A DNA stretch of 64,000 nucleotides, from positions 3,749-67,748 of the forward strand of contig CAZNAO010000001.1 in the NCBI GenBank assembly GCA_964571295.1, in the 5' to 3' direction. Made by a program: the position numbers and the translations under genes. The notes below the pieces were generated by a model, which searched no databases, was not told where the DNA came from, and worked only from the letters and a program-made list of their open reading frames with translations. The DNA is from an uncultured Gammaproteobacteria bacterium. GTDB lineage: Bacteria; Patescibacteriota; Patescibacteriia; Magasanikbacterales; UBA922. Shown here in pieces: positions 55,599 to 64,000 of the stretch; position 1 is the first letter of the stretch; each line of letters opens with the position of its first letter.

Positions 55599-55627
55599 TT
55601 GTGAATACTTTTCGTGTGTGCTATACT
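55599..55627 (+). promoter_or_regulatory. sigma70-like promoter of the lamin-tail-domain protein gene
   Basis: TTGTGA-17-TATACT, then SD GGAGGGG and ATG at 55666. Confidence 0.5.
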
Positions 55628-55665
55628 AATTTTATTAACAATTTATTTCTAACATACGGAGGGGT

Positions 55666-58600
55666 ATGAAAGAACAATGGAGGGAAGTGGTACTTATTGT
55701 TTTTCTTGTTGCGATAAGTATTTTTTTGTTTTCAAAACAGGCTGTGACTGTCTCTGAGTCAATTATCATTACTGAAATTTGTCCGAGCGGATGCGCTCTT
55801 ACTGATCACCAATGGATAGAGATATATAACAAAAGTTCGGAGCCGATTGACTTAGCTGGCTGGAAATTCTGGGAAGGTGGGGTAAACCATGGGCTTACCC
55901 TGAGTCCGAGTAGTACCGTAACTTCCACTATTCTCTCATCGGGCGCATATGCAGTTATTACTCAGAATGATCGCATATTTTTTGGAGACCATCCTAGTGT
56001 TACCTCAACGGTGTTTGATAGCGCATGGACTACACTTACTAAAACCGGTGAGGAGATCGGGATTAAAAAGGGAAATGGAATTGATGATTTTGTAGAACAA
56101 TTTGTCTACGCCAGTGTAGACAAATATTCACTTGAGCGCATACATCCGAATGGAGATCCTGCAAGTATGCTTGAATGGAAAGAACATCCTGACGCTTCTA
56201 CCCCTGGATCGGAAAATTATTGGTGGGTGCAGAGTGGGGAAGGATCTGTAAACCGTATTCCGTATGCACAGTTTACTCTACCCACCTCAACCCTTGTTGG
56301 TGAGACTGTTATATTCGATGCATTCGCTTCGAGTGATTTTGAGGGGTTTATTGAACGATATGTGTGGATGATTGAGGGGCTGGAATATGAAGGGGTGAGT
56401 GTGGAGTATGTGTTCACTGCAACCGGGACGAAACATATTTCACTTACCGTATATGATACAGCATCTGCTTCAAGCACGATTTCGCGAGATATTGAAGTGG
56501 TATCTCTCACTGATGATGAAGAAATTATCCAACGTCCGCCTCCAAGAATTTTTATTAATGAATTTCTTAGTGATCCACATAGTGGAGAAAAAGAATGGAT
56601 TGAATTATACAATTCGGAAGATGGAGATGTGGTGCTTGGTGGATATACTCTCTATGATGGTGTCGGGAAAATTGCGAACGTGACCGGAACTATTGAAGCA
56701 TTCGGATTCCGAACCGCGTATCTCACTTCGAGTAAATTGAATCAGACCGGAGACCGAATCGTGCTTATGGATCCTACGGGAGATGTGGTTGATAGTGTGT
56801 CTTATGGAAATTGGGAGGATGGAGACATCACCGATAACGCGGGCGCGCCTAAGAAAGGCTATTCGACCGCACGAAACAGTGATGGGGAGGATACGGATAT
56901 CGATCAATCCGATTTTTCGTATACGATCACTCCAACACCAAATTTTCCGAATAATATTACCGCAGATCCAGTACCCGTGCCGCCTCAAGTCGTGAATTCT
57001 CCGATCGTCTATTCTCAAGAGGCCACACAGACAAAACTGACATTTCCTGATGGTAGTGTTGTAGTCAGTGAGTTCGTATCAGCTCCGTCTACCGGAGTAG
57101 TTGAATTTGTAGAATTGTATAACACGACTTCTGATTCAATTTCACTTGAAGGATGGATACTTCGTGATGGAAGCGGAGCGAATACCACACTCGTGGGTAC
57201 GATATCAGCATGGGGATTTTTCGTGATCGACAAACCGAAAGGAAGTCTGAATAACGCAGGAGACCTAATTATGCTTCTTGATCCAAGCGGAAAAGAGATT
57301 GACCGCGTGGTGTATGGAAATTGGAATGGTGAAGATAGTGCTGTTGCGGCACCAAGCAAAGGGCAGTCCGCGGCACGGACAGACAGCGTTTTTGATTTTC
57401 GAATTACCGATCTCATTACGAAAGGTTCGATAAACCAGATTGTCCAAAATTCTGTGTCGGGTGGTGATAGGGTGAATACTTCAACATCTTCGACACTTTC
57501 GTCTTCCGACAGTGATTTGTCTATTGATTTGTTTTCTCCTGAGTTTCTTCCGATCATTACTGAAGTGCTTCCTAATCCGCTTGGTGCCGACACACAGAAT
57601 GAATATGTCGAATTGTACAATCCGTTTGATCGCGATATTTCGCTTGCTGGATTATTTCTTGATGATATTGAAGGTGGGTCAAAACCGTATGCGTTTAGTG
57701 CGGATTCTATGCTTCGGTCACATGAATACCGGGTTTGGTATTCCAAAGATACTAAACTTTCTTTTGCTAATACGTCTGACAGTGTGCGAATTTTGGATTC
57801 TGAACACACGGTTTTACAAGAAGTGGAATATTTCGGGGCAAAAGAGAATAAGTCCTATACCTCTGGGGCCGATATGTGGTTCTGGACCTCTGAATTGAGT
57901 CCAAACACGGAAAATCCGTTGGCCCCTCTTCCTGATGTTGTCTCAGATACCAGAGCTAAAACAACTGCTGCAAAAACAGCCGTCAAAACGACGCTTGCGC
58001 AAGTGCGTAATTTTGATGTTGGTACACCGGTGACAATGGACGGCGTTGTGTTGGTGCCGCCTGGAGTACTCAGTACGCAATATGTGTATGTGGGTAGTGA
58101 ATCCGGTATTGGGATTCAAGTGTATTCGTATAAAAAAGAATTTCCTGAAATCGCTTCGGGAGATAAGGTGGTCATATCAGGTGAACTTTCTGAAGTGTCC
58201 GGTGAGATGAGGGTAAAGCTTGCCAGTCTTGGTGATGTAGAGCTTGTTCACTCTGCCACGACCACGCTTATTGCCCCATATCCAGTCGCAGTGGTGGATG
58301 TTGGGGAATCGTATGAGGGTGGTTTGGTAGAGGTTACGGGAGAAATTACCGGTGTTAAGGGATCATATATTTATCTTGATGATGGGACTGACGAGGTCAA
58401 GCTATATATCCGTGGAGGATCAGGAATTGACAAGAACATGTTTGTCGAAGGTGCTCGTGCGCGGGTTGCTGGCATCGTGCAAGAAACTAAGAGCGGCTAT
58501 CATATTTCACCGCGAGATCAGTCTGATGTGGTTGTTGAAAATAATGAAGTCCGAGGAGAAAAGATTGAAGCAGAAAATTCTCTGGAACCCTCGTATTCCT

Positions 58601-58725
58601 CAACACAGCTGGTTCGTGTCGCTATTATACTTTTTGCGGGATTCGCACTTGTGCTTGGGAGCAGGTTGTATGGGGTGAAGATGATCGAGTTCATACGATC
58701 GAGAATACACAAGCGTGAGCACTGA
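55666..58725 (+). CDS. giant surface protein with about four lamin-tail domains, a PKD-like domain, an OB-fold-like region and a C-terminal TM anchor
   Basis: Repeated LTD signature (ITEICPSGC..WIEIYN..DLAGWKF; INEFLSDPHSGEKEWIELYN; VSEFVSAPSTGVVEFVELYN...LEGWILRDGSG; ITEVLPNPLGADTQNEYVELYNP). PKD-like LTVYDTASASST. C-terminal TM VRVAIILFAGFALVLG. Confidence 0.7.
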   Translation: MKEQWREVVLIVFLVAISIFLFSKQAVTVSESIIITEICPSGCALTDHQWIEIYNKSSEPIDLAGWKFWEGGVNHGLTLSPSSTVTSTILSSGAYAVITQNDRIFFGDHPSVTSTVFDSAWTTLTKTGEEIGIKKGNGIDDFVEQFVYASVDKYSLERIHPNGDPASMLEWKEHPDASTPGSENYWWVQSGEGSVNRIPYAQFTLPTSTLVGETVIFDAFASSDFEGFIERYVWMIEGLEYEGVSVEYVFTATGTKHISLTVYDTASASSTISRDIEVVSLTDDEEIIQRPPPRIFINEFLSDPHSGEKEWIELYNSEDGDVVLGGYTLYDGVGKIANVTGTIEAFGFRTAYLTSSKLNQTGDRIVLMDPTGDVVDSVSYGNWEDGDITDNAGAPKKGYSTARNSDGEDTDIDQSDFSYTITPTPNFPNNITADPVPVPPQVVNSPIVYSQEATQTKLTFPDGSVVVSEFVSAPSTGVVEFVELYNTTSDSISLEGWILRDGSGANTTLVGTISAWGFFVIDKPKGSLNNAGDLIMLLDPSGKEIDRVVYGNWNGEDSAVAAPSKGQSAARTDSVFDFRITDLITKGSINQIVQNSVSGGDRVNTSTSSTLSSSDSDLSIDLFSPEFLPIITEVLPNPLGADTQNEYVELYNPFDRDISLAGLFLDDIEGGSKPYAFSADSMLRSHEYRVWYSKDTKLSFANTSDSVRILDSEHTVLQEVEYFGAKENKSYTSGADMWFWTSELSPNTENPLAPLPDVVSDTRAKTTAAKTAVKTTLAQVRNFDVGTPVTMDGVVLVPPGVLSTQYVYVGSESGIGIQVYSYKKEFPEIASGDKVVISGELSEVSGEMRVKLASLGDVELVHSATTTLIAPYPVAVVDVGESYEGGLVEVTGEITGVKGSYIYLDDGTDEVKLYIRGGSGIDKNMFVEGARARVAGIVQETKSGYHISPRDQSDVVVENNEVRGEKIEAENSLEPSYSSTQLVRVAIILFAGFALVLGSRLYGVKMIEFIRSRIHKREH

Positions 58726-58727
58726 GA

Positions 58728-59507
58728 TTATACTTCAGTACCAGAAGTAATAGAGAGTTTTTTCGCAGCAGATCCTCCTTGCACTACAATTTCTATGAAT
58801 CGTTTATCTCCGAATCCTGAGCTTCCTCTCACTGCTGCAAGTTCATGGTCTGGTACATCGGTCAGTCGGGTGAAGAGCTGCAACACTCCCCACGGAGTAT
58901 CAATGGTTTTTTGGGTGGCACCTGCAATGATCGTGGTTTTACAATTACCAAAGCAATCTACCCACCATACTTGATTTTTTTTCCGAGAAAAATGTTCTTC
59001 GAGTGAGAGGGTGTTCGTCTGAAATAAATGTCCCTCGGTGAGCCATGCTGCAATGCGCGGCAAAAATTCAAAACTCCTGAATTGCGTGTTCGTGATGTGT
59101 GTTGCTTTGTCATGAGTCAGTAGTTGTTTTTGTTCAGCTTCTGCTGCGACTGTCGGTATGTCGAGCACTTCAACTGATTTGGTAATACCAAGCTCGTATA
59201 CCAGGCGCAACGTCTCTCCTGCGATTGATGCACATACGATTGTTTCTCCAACCTGGAAATATCCGAATGGTGTACCATTTTCCCATTTGTTTTTGGTTTT
59301 TTCGCGCGGGGCAACATTGACGAGAATAACACTTTTTTGTCCCAGTGATGCGTCAAGAATATCGACGAGCATGCCGCCTGCCTCAATATCGTTTGCAACT
59401 CCCACTGTTGTTACCGGGCATGAGAGTAGCGAACCTACTCGAGCCGCCTGTCTGCCGAATGCATTTGCGTCCCGGCAATCGTTGATTATCGTCGCGAACA
59501 TATACAT
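58728..59507 (-). CDS. SAM hydroxide adenosyltransferase family protein (DUF62)
   Basis: C-terminal ...VWWVDCFGNCKTTI...DHELAAVRGSSGFGDKRFIEIVVQGGSAAKKLSITSGTEV parallels the DUF62 C-domain. Confidence 0.5.
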   Translation of the reverse strand: MYMFATIINDCRDANAFGRQAARVGSLLSCPVTTVGVANDIEAGGMLVDILDASLGQKSVILVNVAPREKTKNKWENGTPFGYFQVGETIVCASIAGETLRLVYELGITKSVEVLDIPTVAAEAEQKQLLTHDKATHITNTQFRSFEFLPRIAAWLTEGHLFQTNTLSLEEHFSRKKNQVWWVDCFGNCKTTIIAGATQKTIDTPWGVLQLFTRLTDVPDHELAAVRGSSGFGDKRFIEIVVQGGSAAKKLSITSGTEV

Positions 59508-59711
59508 TTGTGTATGTTATAAAATAAAATGACCCTCGGATGGCGAAGGTCAGGTGTATTACTTTTTGATAAAACTACAATACCGGCCTTCGGGGGAGCG
59601 AGGTCATCATAGCCATCATCATGTGCTGTGATTTGGTAGTGTAGTTCATACAGGTACTAACGGTACTCTTTCCCTGTAGATATGTCAACTCCTGCTCTGG
59701 TGGTTGGGTTC

Positions 59712-59740
59712 TTGACTTTTACCTGCCATGTTGATATACT
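59712..59740 (+). promoter_or_regulatory. sigma70-like promoter of the tRNA-Ala/Phe/Pro operon
   Basis: TTGACT (59712-59717), a 17-nt spacer, then TATACT (59735-59740), about 25 nt before tRNA-Ala. Confidence 0.6.
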
Positions 59741-59765
59741 TGTTTTCGATTTTACAAACATGTAA

Positions 59766-59838
59766 TGGGCCAGTAGCTCATCTGGTAGAGCGCCTCGTTT
59801 GCACCGAGGAGGTGGGGGGTTCGAGTCCTCTCTGGTCC
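59766..59838 (+). tRNA. tRNA-Ala (anticodon TGC)
   Basis: Acceptor GGGCCAG/CTGGTCC with the Ala-identity G3-U70 wobble, D-arm GCTC/GAGC, anticodon stem CCTCG/CGAGG with loop TTTGCAC, T-loop TTCGAGT, discriminator A. Confidence 0.85.
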
Positions 59839-59924
59839 ACAAGAGACAGTTAGCAGATAACGATTAACAATTGACCGAAGTGCAACGTTAATTGTTGAAG
59901 GTTACTTGTTAACTGTTTTTTTAC

Positions 59925-59996
59925 GCCGAGGTAGCTCAGTGGTAGAGCAGAGGCCTGAAGAGCCTTGTGTCGCCAGTTCGATCCTGGCTCTCGGCA
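59925..59996 (+). tRNA. tRNA-Phe (anticodon GAA)
   Basis: Acceptor GCCGAGG/TCTCGGC, D-arm GCTC-AGTGGTA-GAGC, anticodon stem GAGGC/GCCTT with loop CTGAAGA, T-arm GCCAG-TTCGATC-CTGGC, discriminator A. Coordinates may be off by 1 nt. Confidence 0.8.
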
Positions 59997-60005
59997 CTGT
60001 GTAAA

Positions 60006-60079
60006 CGGAGTGTAGCTCAGTTGGCTAGAGCATCTGGTTTGGGACCAGAGGGTCGTAGGTTCAAGTCCTATCACTCCGA
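60006..60079 (+). tRNA. tRNA-Pro (anticodon TGG)
   Basis: Acceptor CGGAGTG/CACTCCG, anticodon stem TCTGG/CCAGA with loop TTTGGGA, T-arm GTAGG-TTCAAGT-CCTAT, discriminator A. A terminator hairpin plus T-run follows at 60084-60116. Confidence 0.85.
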
Positions 60080-60313
60080 CGACAAAACAGTCTCAACAGA
60101 GTCTGTTTTTTGTTTACTTGATTTAGCAAATTTATTGAACTATACTGTTTTTAACTTTTTTTACTATGCTTCGCAATCACTACATACAAACATGGTCTGG
60201 TTTCATGTATAACACTCTTCTGTATCGGTAGGGTTCGATTGTTTTTTGTTTATACAATCCGCCCTATCGGCGGTTTTTTGTTTATATGTTTTTCTATTTT
60301 AAAAATTACCATT

Positions 60314-60958
60314 ATGATTAAACTCACTGAACACTCGTTCAAAAAATTATTCATCACTCTCGCAGTGTATCTCACGTCTCTCTTTGCAGCAAATACTCTT
60401 GGGCTTAAAATAATGCCATTCATTTTTGGTTCACATTTGTCGGTTGGAGTGTTTTCTTTTCCGATTGTGTTTCTCATGACCGATATTGTTGGAGAGATAT
60501 ATGGCAAACGTATTGCGAAGCTTTTCGTTCTGACTGGGTTTGTTTCCACTGCATTATTTATTGCGTATTCGTTTTTATCGCTTGCTATGCCATGGTCTCC
60601 TGATGGTGAATGGGCACGTACGGGGTACAATCAAATCTTTGGCATTTCAGTGCGAATGGCGTTCGCATCTCTTGTTGCTTTCCTTGTTGCACAATATCAG
60701 GACGTGCTCTCGTTTTTCTTTTTTAGAGAAAAATTAGGGATAAAAGTTTTTTGGCTTCGATCGATTCTCTCGAATCTTTGGTCGCAGTTGCTTGATACCA
60801 CAATCTTCATGACCATTGCTTTTGCAGGTATTTATTCAACTCATACGCTTGTGAGTATTATTATCACGTGGTGGCTTTACAAGGTGGCAATGGGTACATT
60901 GTACACACCACTATCTTATTTCGGTATGCATCTTTTGCGAGACAAAGATGTAAAATAA
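60314..60958 (+). CDS. yhhQ: YhhQ/QueT-family (VUT) queuosine-precursor transporter
   Basis: ATG at 60314 (MIKLTEHSFKK...). Multi-TM protein with GVFSFPIVFLMTDIVGEIYG, the DUF165/YhhQ signature. Terminator at 60973-61008 (15-bp stem). Confidence 0.7.
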   Translation: MIKLTEHSFKKLFITLAVYLTSLFAANTLGLKIMPFIFGSHLSVGVFSFPIVFLMTDIVGEIYGKRIAKLFVLTGFVSTALFIAYSFLSLAMPWSPDGEWARTGYNQIFGISVRMAFASLVAFLVAQYQDVLSFFFFREKLGIKVFWLRSILSNLWSQLLDTTIFMTIAFAGIYSTHTLVSIIITWWLYKVAMGTLYTPLSYFGMHLLRDKDVK

Positions 60959-61093
60959 TATCTCATAACTAAAACACAACATCCACCCTTTCAGGTGGAT
61001 GTTGTGTTGACCATACAGTAAGGGACAATTTCTAATCCCATGTGTATGTCTGATATGTTACCATACCAAACGTGAATTGTAAACAATTCACTG

Positions 61094-61167
61094 AGCGGTA
61101 AACCAGATTCGAACTGGCGACCTTCTCCTTGGCAAGGAGACGCTCTAACCAACTGAGCTACTACCGC
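61094..61167 (-). tRNA. tRNA-Gly (anticodon GCC)
   Basis: Reverse complement folds as acceptor GCGGTAG/TTACCGC, D-arm GCTC-AGTTGGTTA-GAGC, anticodon stem TCTCC/GGAGA with loop TTGCCAA, T-arm GCCAG-TTCGAAT-CTGGT, discriminator U. Confidence 0.85.
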
Positions 61168-61190
61168 ATTCTAAATTGTGGAATCCTTTG

Positions 61191-61264
61191 TTGCGGGGGA
61201 GGGATTTGAACCCCCGACCTTCGGGTTATGGGCCCGACGAGCTGCCTGGCTGCTCTACCCCGCG
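61191..61264 (-). tRNA. initiator tRNA-fMet (anticodon CAT) with C at position 33
   Basis: Reverse complement folds with a C1·A72 mismatch (5' CGCGGGG / 3' CCCCGCA), D-arm GAGC-AGCCAGGCA-GCTC, anticodon stem TCGGG/CCCGA with three consecutive G-C pairs, loop CCCATAA, T-arm GGGGG-TTCAAAT-CCCTC. Confidence 0.8.
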
Positions 61265-61480
61265 ATATGTGCTTGTGTATTTTACTTTCTTTGTGTGATT
61301 TTTACCAGACCCTGAGCAGGGCGGGAGTCTCACTCATCGATATGCTCTTTTTTGAAAACCCTCGGGTTTTCAAAACTTTCCTTAGTATGTGAAACCTTAC
61401 GGTTTCACCCTTCCCTTGTTCGACGTATCAGGATAGGTACTGAAGAATTAAAATTTTTGTGATCTTGTGTCAAGATCCTG

Positions 61481-61552
61481 AGCGGGTAGCGGGAGTCGAA
61501 CCCGCGTCATCAGTTTGGAAAACTGAGATAATAGCCGTTATACGATACCCGC
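61481..61552 (-). tRNA. tRNA-Gly (anticodon TCC)
   Basis: Reverse complement folds as acceptor GCGGGTA/TACCCGC, anticodon stem TCAGT/ACTGA with loop TTTCCAA, T-arm GCGGG-TTCGACT-CCCGC, discriminator U. Confidence 0.8.
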
Positions 61553-61680
61553 TTGTTTTGTGTAGGCCTTATACTACGCGATTTTCAATCTGTTGTCAAC
61601 ATTTTATCACCTGAAACGTGCTATACTTGATAGGTTTTATGATTGACAAACGGTATATTTTACTCTATCCTCACGCCACT

Positions 61681-62718
61681 ATGACACGTCATGCCGGTTC
61701 CCATATTCATCATATCACCACACATAAGACTATTCTTGATGCACGCTATGAAGTTCTTCGTGCAATTCGCGAATATTTTTGGTCGGAAGGGCTGGTCGAG
61801 ATCGAAGTTCCGACGATCGTAGCAACTCCCGGACAGGAGCCGAATATTGACATTGTGGAAATTGCATTGCATGACGATCGAAAACAGAAGTTTTGTGGCG
61901 TGTTGCATACCTCGCCCGAATACACGATGAAGAAAATGCTTGCTTCCGGGTTTAGGCAGATTTTTTATCTCGGAAAAGTGTTCCGTGATTATGAGAGTAT
62001 GCAGGATACGCACCATCCCGAGTTCACTATGGCGGAATGGTATCGTGCCGGCGCAACCCTCGACACTATCATGGATGACACCGAATGTGTATGCCGTGCT
62101 GCGGCTGAGCGAGTTATACGATTGTATCCTGACTTTCGAAGATTTGCAGAACGATTTGTAACTGAATCATGGAAACGCATCAGTATGCGCGAATTGTGGC
62201 TTGATACGGTCGGTATCGACCTTGATACTACTGCAACCAGGGAAGATTTTATATTACGGGCTCGGGAGAAAGGTTTTGTGGTTTCCGATACGGACCAGTA
62301 TGAAGAAATGTTTTATCGTATATTTTTGACTGAAATAGAGCCCAAGCTTGCCGGCATGGGGCTTGTCATGATTTATGACTACCCTTCAGTCATGGCATCA
62401 TTGTCCCGTCTCAGTCCTGACGGGAAGTATGGACGGCGGGTGGAAGCGTATGTCGATGGGGTCGAATTGACCAATGGGTTTGAGGAACTGACCGATGCCG
62501 AGGAACAGCAAGCGCGTTTTGTGTCTGAACAAAATGAACGTCGAGCGTATGGAAAATCAGTTTATCCTATCGACCATGAGTTTATTGAGGCGCTTCGTCA
62601 TATGCCCGAATCGTCAGGTATTTCCTTGGGTGTCGACCGGTTGGTCATGGCCCTTACGGGTTGCAAAAATATTGAGGACGTGTTAGTATTGCCCATGCGA
62701 AAAATGTTTATTGATTAG
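61681..62718 (+). CDS. epmA: EF-P--(R)-beta-lysine ligase (EpmA/PoxA, truncated class II lysyl-tRNA-synthetase paralog)
   Basis: Class II aaRS core without an anticodon-binding domain: LVEIEVPTIV...LHTSPEYTMKKMLASGFRQIFYLGKVFRDYE...HHPEFTMAEWYRA...GVELTNGFEELTDAEEQ...GISLGVDRLVMAL. Start ambiguous (GTG 61618, ATG 61639 or ATG 61681). Adjacent to efp. Confidence 0.75.
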   Translation: MTRHAGSHIHHITTHKTILDARYEVLRAIREYFWSEGLVEIEVPTIVATPGQEPNIDIVEIALHDDRKQKFCGVLHTSPEYTMKKMLASGFRQIFYLGKVFRDYESMQDTHHPEFTMAEWYRAGATLDTIMDDTECVCRAAAERVIRLYPDFRRFAERFVTESWKRISMRELWLDTVGIDLDTTATREDFILRAREKGFVVSDTDQYEEMFYRIFLTEIEPKLAGMGLVMIYDYPSVMASLSRLSPDGKYGRRVEAYVDGVELTNGFEELTDAEEQQARFVSEQNERRAYGKSVYPIDHEFIEALRHMPESSGISLGVDRLVMALTGCKNIEDVLVLPMRKMFID

Positions 62719-62744
62719 CCAGCTTACTTATATTTATTATTATT

Positions 62745-63311
62745 ATGGCAGACACTTCAGAAATTAAAAAAGGAGCAGTCATACGCCACAACGGCACTCT
62801 CTATGTGGTGACCACGTTCCAGTTTGTAAACCCTGGAAAAGGTCAGGCATTTACCAAGACGAAGCTCAAGTCCATTGATGGTGCTAAGGGAACTGAAATG
62901 ACGTTTAAGAGTGGGGAAAATGTCGACATTGTCGATGTGTTTCATGAAAATTTGCAATATTTGTATCAGAACGGCGATTTTTATTCTTTCATGAATAAAG
63001 AGTCATACGAAACGGTTGATGTATCCGCATCAGTTGTCGGAGACGATGCGCCGTATCTGAAAGAAGGGCTCGAAGTTGTGGCTTCACTCCACGACGGGGC
63101 AGTCGTTGCAATTCAGCTTCCTAAGAAAGTCAGCTATATCGTCAAGACCTCACCTCCTGCAGTAAAAGGGGACAGTACGAGTGGGAACGTAACCAAGGAG
63201 ATCGAGCTCGATAACGGACTCAAGATCCAGGCTCCGATTTTTATCAAAGAGGGTGAAGAGATTACGGTAAACACTGAAACTGGAGAATACGGCGGACGAG
63301 TAGTTGAGTAA
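62745..63311 (+). CDS. efp: translation elongation factor P
   Basis: FQFVNPGKGQAFTKTKLKS carries the conserved modified-Lys loop. Three-domain length of 188 aa. Confidence 0.9.
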   Translation: MADTSEIKKGAVIRHNGTLYVVTTFQFVNPGKGQAFTKTKLKSIDGAKGTEMTFKSGENVDIVDVFHENLQYLYQNGDFYSFMNKESYETVDVSASVVGDDAPYLKEGLEVVASLHDGAVVAIQLPKKVSYIVKTSPPAVKGDSTSGNVTKEIELDNGLKIQAPIFIKEGEEITVNTETGEYGGRVVE

Positions 63312-63351
63312 GATATTTTGTTAAAAACACCCGTGTCCGGGTGTTTTTTGT

Positions 63352-63654
63352 TTACCTGAATAGAGTATTTGTTGCTGTCGCGTAGTGGTATACCACCCAC
63401 ACTATGAGCAGGGCTTGCAGTAATATAATGACGAAGAATGGCAATTGGAACGATATTTTTTTTGTCTTATGCCGAAACATATTCATGCCGACTAATGCAC
63501 CTATCGTGCCTCCAACAAGGGTGAGAAGTAGTAAGGTTTTTTCAGAGATTCTCCTTCGTCCACCCAGTGACTGTGATTTATCAAATGCAAATGTGAGCCA
63601 GGTAAGGAGGTTTAATACTGCAAGGTATGCGATGAGAAATGTTGTGGTATACAC
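63352..63654 (-). CDS. DUF1294-family membrane protein
   Basis: FDKSQSLGGRRRISEKTLLLLTLVGGTIGALVGMNMFRHKTKKISF matches the DUF1294 pattern. Confidence 0.65.
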   Translation of the reverse strand: MYTTTFLIAYLAVLNLLTWLTFAFDKSQSLGGRRRISEKTLLLLTLVGGTIGALVGMNMFRHKTKKISFQLPFFVIILLQALLIVWVVYHYATATNTLFR

Positions 63655-63659
63655 ACTAT

Positions 63660-64000
63660 TTAGGGATTCTTGTTGACTGGGGTATTGTGGTATTTTCTAT
63701 CTTCATCTGCAAGATGGATCAATTCTTCACGAATTTTTTCCGGATTAGGAATTTGTCGGAATACGATATTGGTGGTAACCGATGCAGTCTTAATCGTTAC
63801 GTCTCCGTATTTGAAAAATGTTCCCAATATTCCAGTTGTCTGCGATGTTACATCTTGGATGTTGTGGAGTTCAAGCTCGGTAGTCGTATGGTGGAACAGA
63901 CCGTGCTGTTCATTGTCGATAATGCGATCATTGGTCACGATCCAGAGGTCGAGGTAAAAATCGATGAAGTGCGCATAGAAAAAAAGATAGATTGAAAGAT
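63660..64000 (-). CDS. hypothetical protein, possibly bacterial PH-domain-like; 5' end outside the window
   Basis: The reading frame stays open to the window edge; the track start at 63938 is a GTG. C-terminal ...FFKYGDVTIKTASVTTNIVFRQIPNPEKIREEL... Confidence 0.35.
   Translation of the reverse strand, partial: LSIYLFFYAHFIDFYLDLWIVTNDRIIDNEQHGLFHHTTTELELHNIQDVTSQTTGILGTFFKYGDVTIKTASVTTNIVFRQIPNPEKIREELIHLADEDRKYHNTPVNKNP

Noticed and set aside
59657-60212. ORFs 59657..59842 (-), 59850..60074 (-) and 59967..60212 (+)
   Set aside because: They overlap the tRNA-Ala/Phe/Pro genes and are artefacts of tRNA sequence.

Overview
This is an AT-rich bacterial chromosome segment (roughly 40% G+C by eye) that spans the replication origin, with rpmH-rnpA-yidD diverging from dnaA-dnaN and DnaA-box clusters in the flanking intergenic regions. 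It carries 11 tRNA genes, including an initiator tRNA with an unusual C33, and many housekeeping genes (stomatin, GT28 glycosyltransferase, galU, rpsF-ssb-rpsR, tig, polA, NDH-2, holA, rpsT, rmuC, ychF, a class A PBP, an M23/LysM peptidase, comM, lspA, yhhQ, epmA-efp). A type IV pilus locus is split in two, with three prepilin-like genes on the minus strand and pilB-pilC-pilM-pilN-pilO on the plus strand. The most striking content is an ~8-kb co-directional minus-strand array (3546-11738) of 11 paralogous small membrane proteins. All share a TrbC/VirB2-like (T4SS-pilin-type) C-terminal two-helix hairpin but have diversified N-terminal portions. Two carry cysteine-rich modules. Two larger paralogs share an unknown ~280-aa ectodomain and bracket a solute-binding lipoprotein gene. 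No VirB4, VirB6 or VirD4 partner is visible in the window. Other points worth a second look are an intergenic motif family (GTCGAAAGTC / GTCATAAAGTCC), several short 1-2-gene islands of clearly higher G+C, a second DnaA-box-like cluster in an ORF-poor 700-nt region with nested hairpins, a TrmB-like regulator with two palindromic operator-like sites, and a giant lamin-tail-domain/PKD/OB-fold surface protein. The gene content (weak Shine-Dalgarno sequences, an LTD surface protein, an SGFGC lipobox, expanded VirB2-like pilins) is compatible with a Candidate Phyla Radiation (Patescibacteria)-type genome; that is inference, not shown by the sequence. All family calls come from reading motifs by eye; no database search was run.
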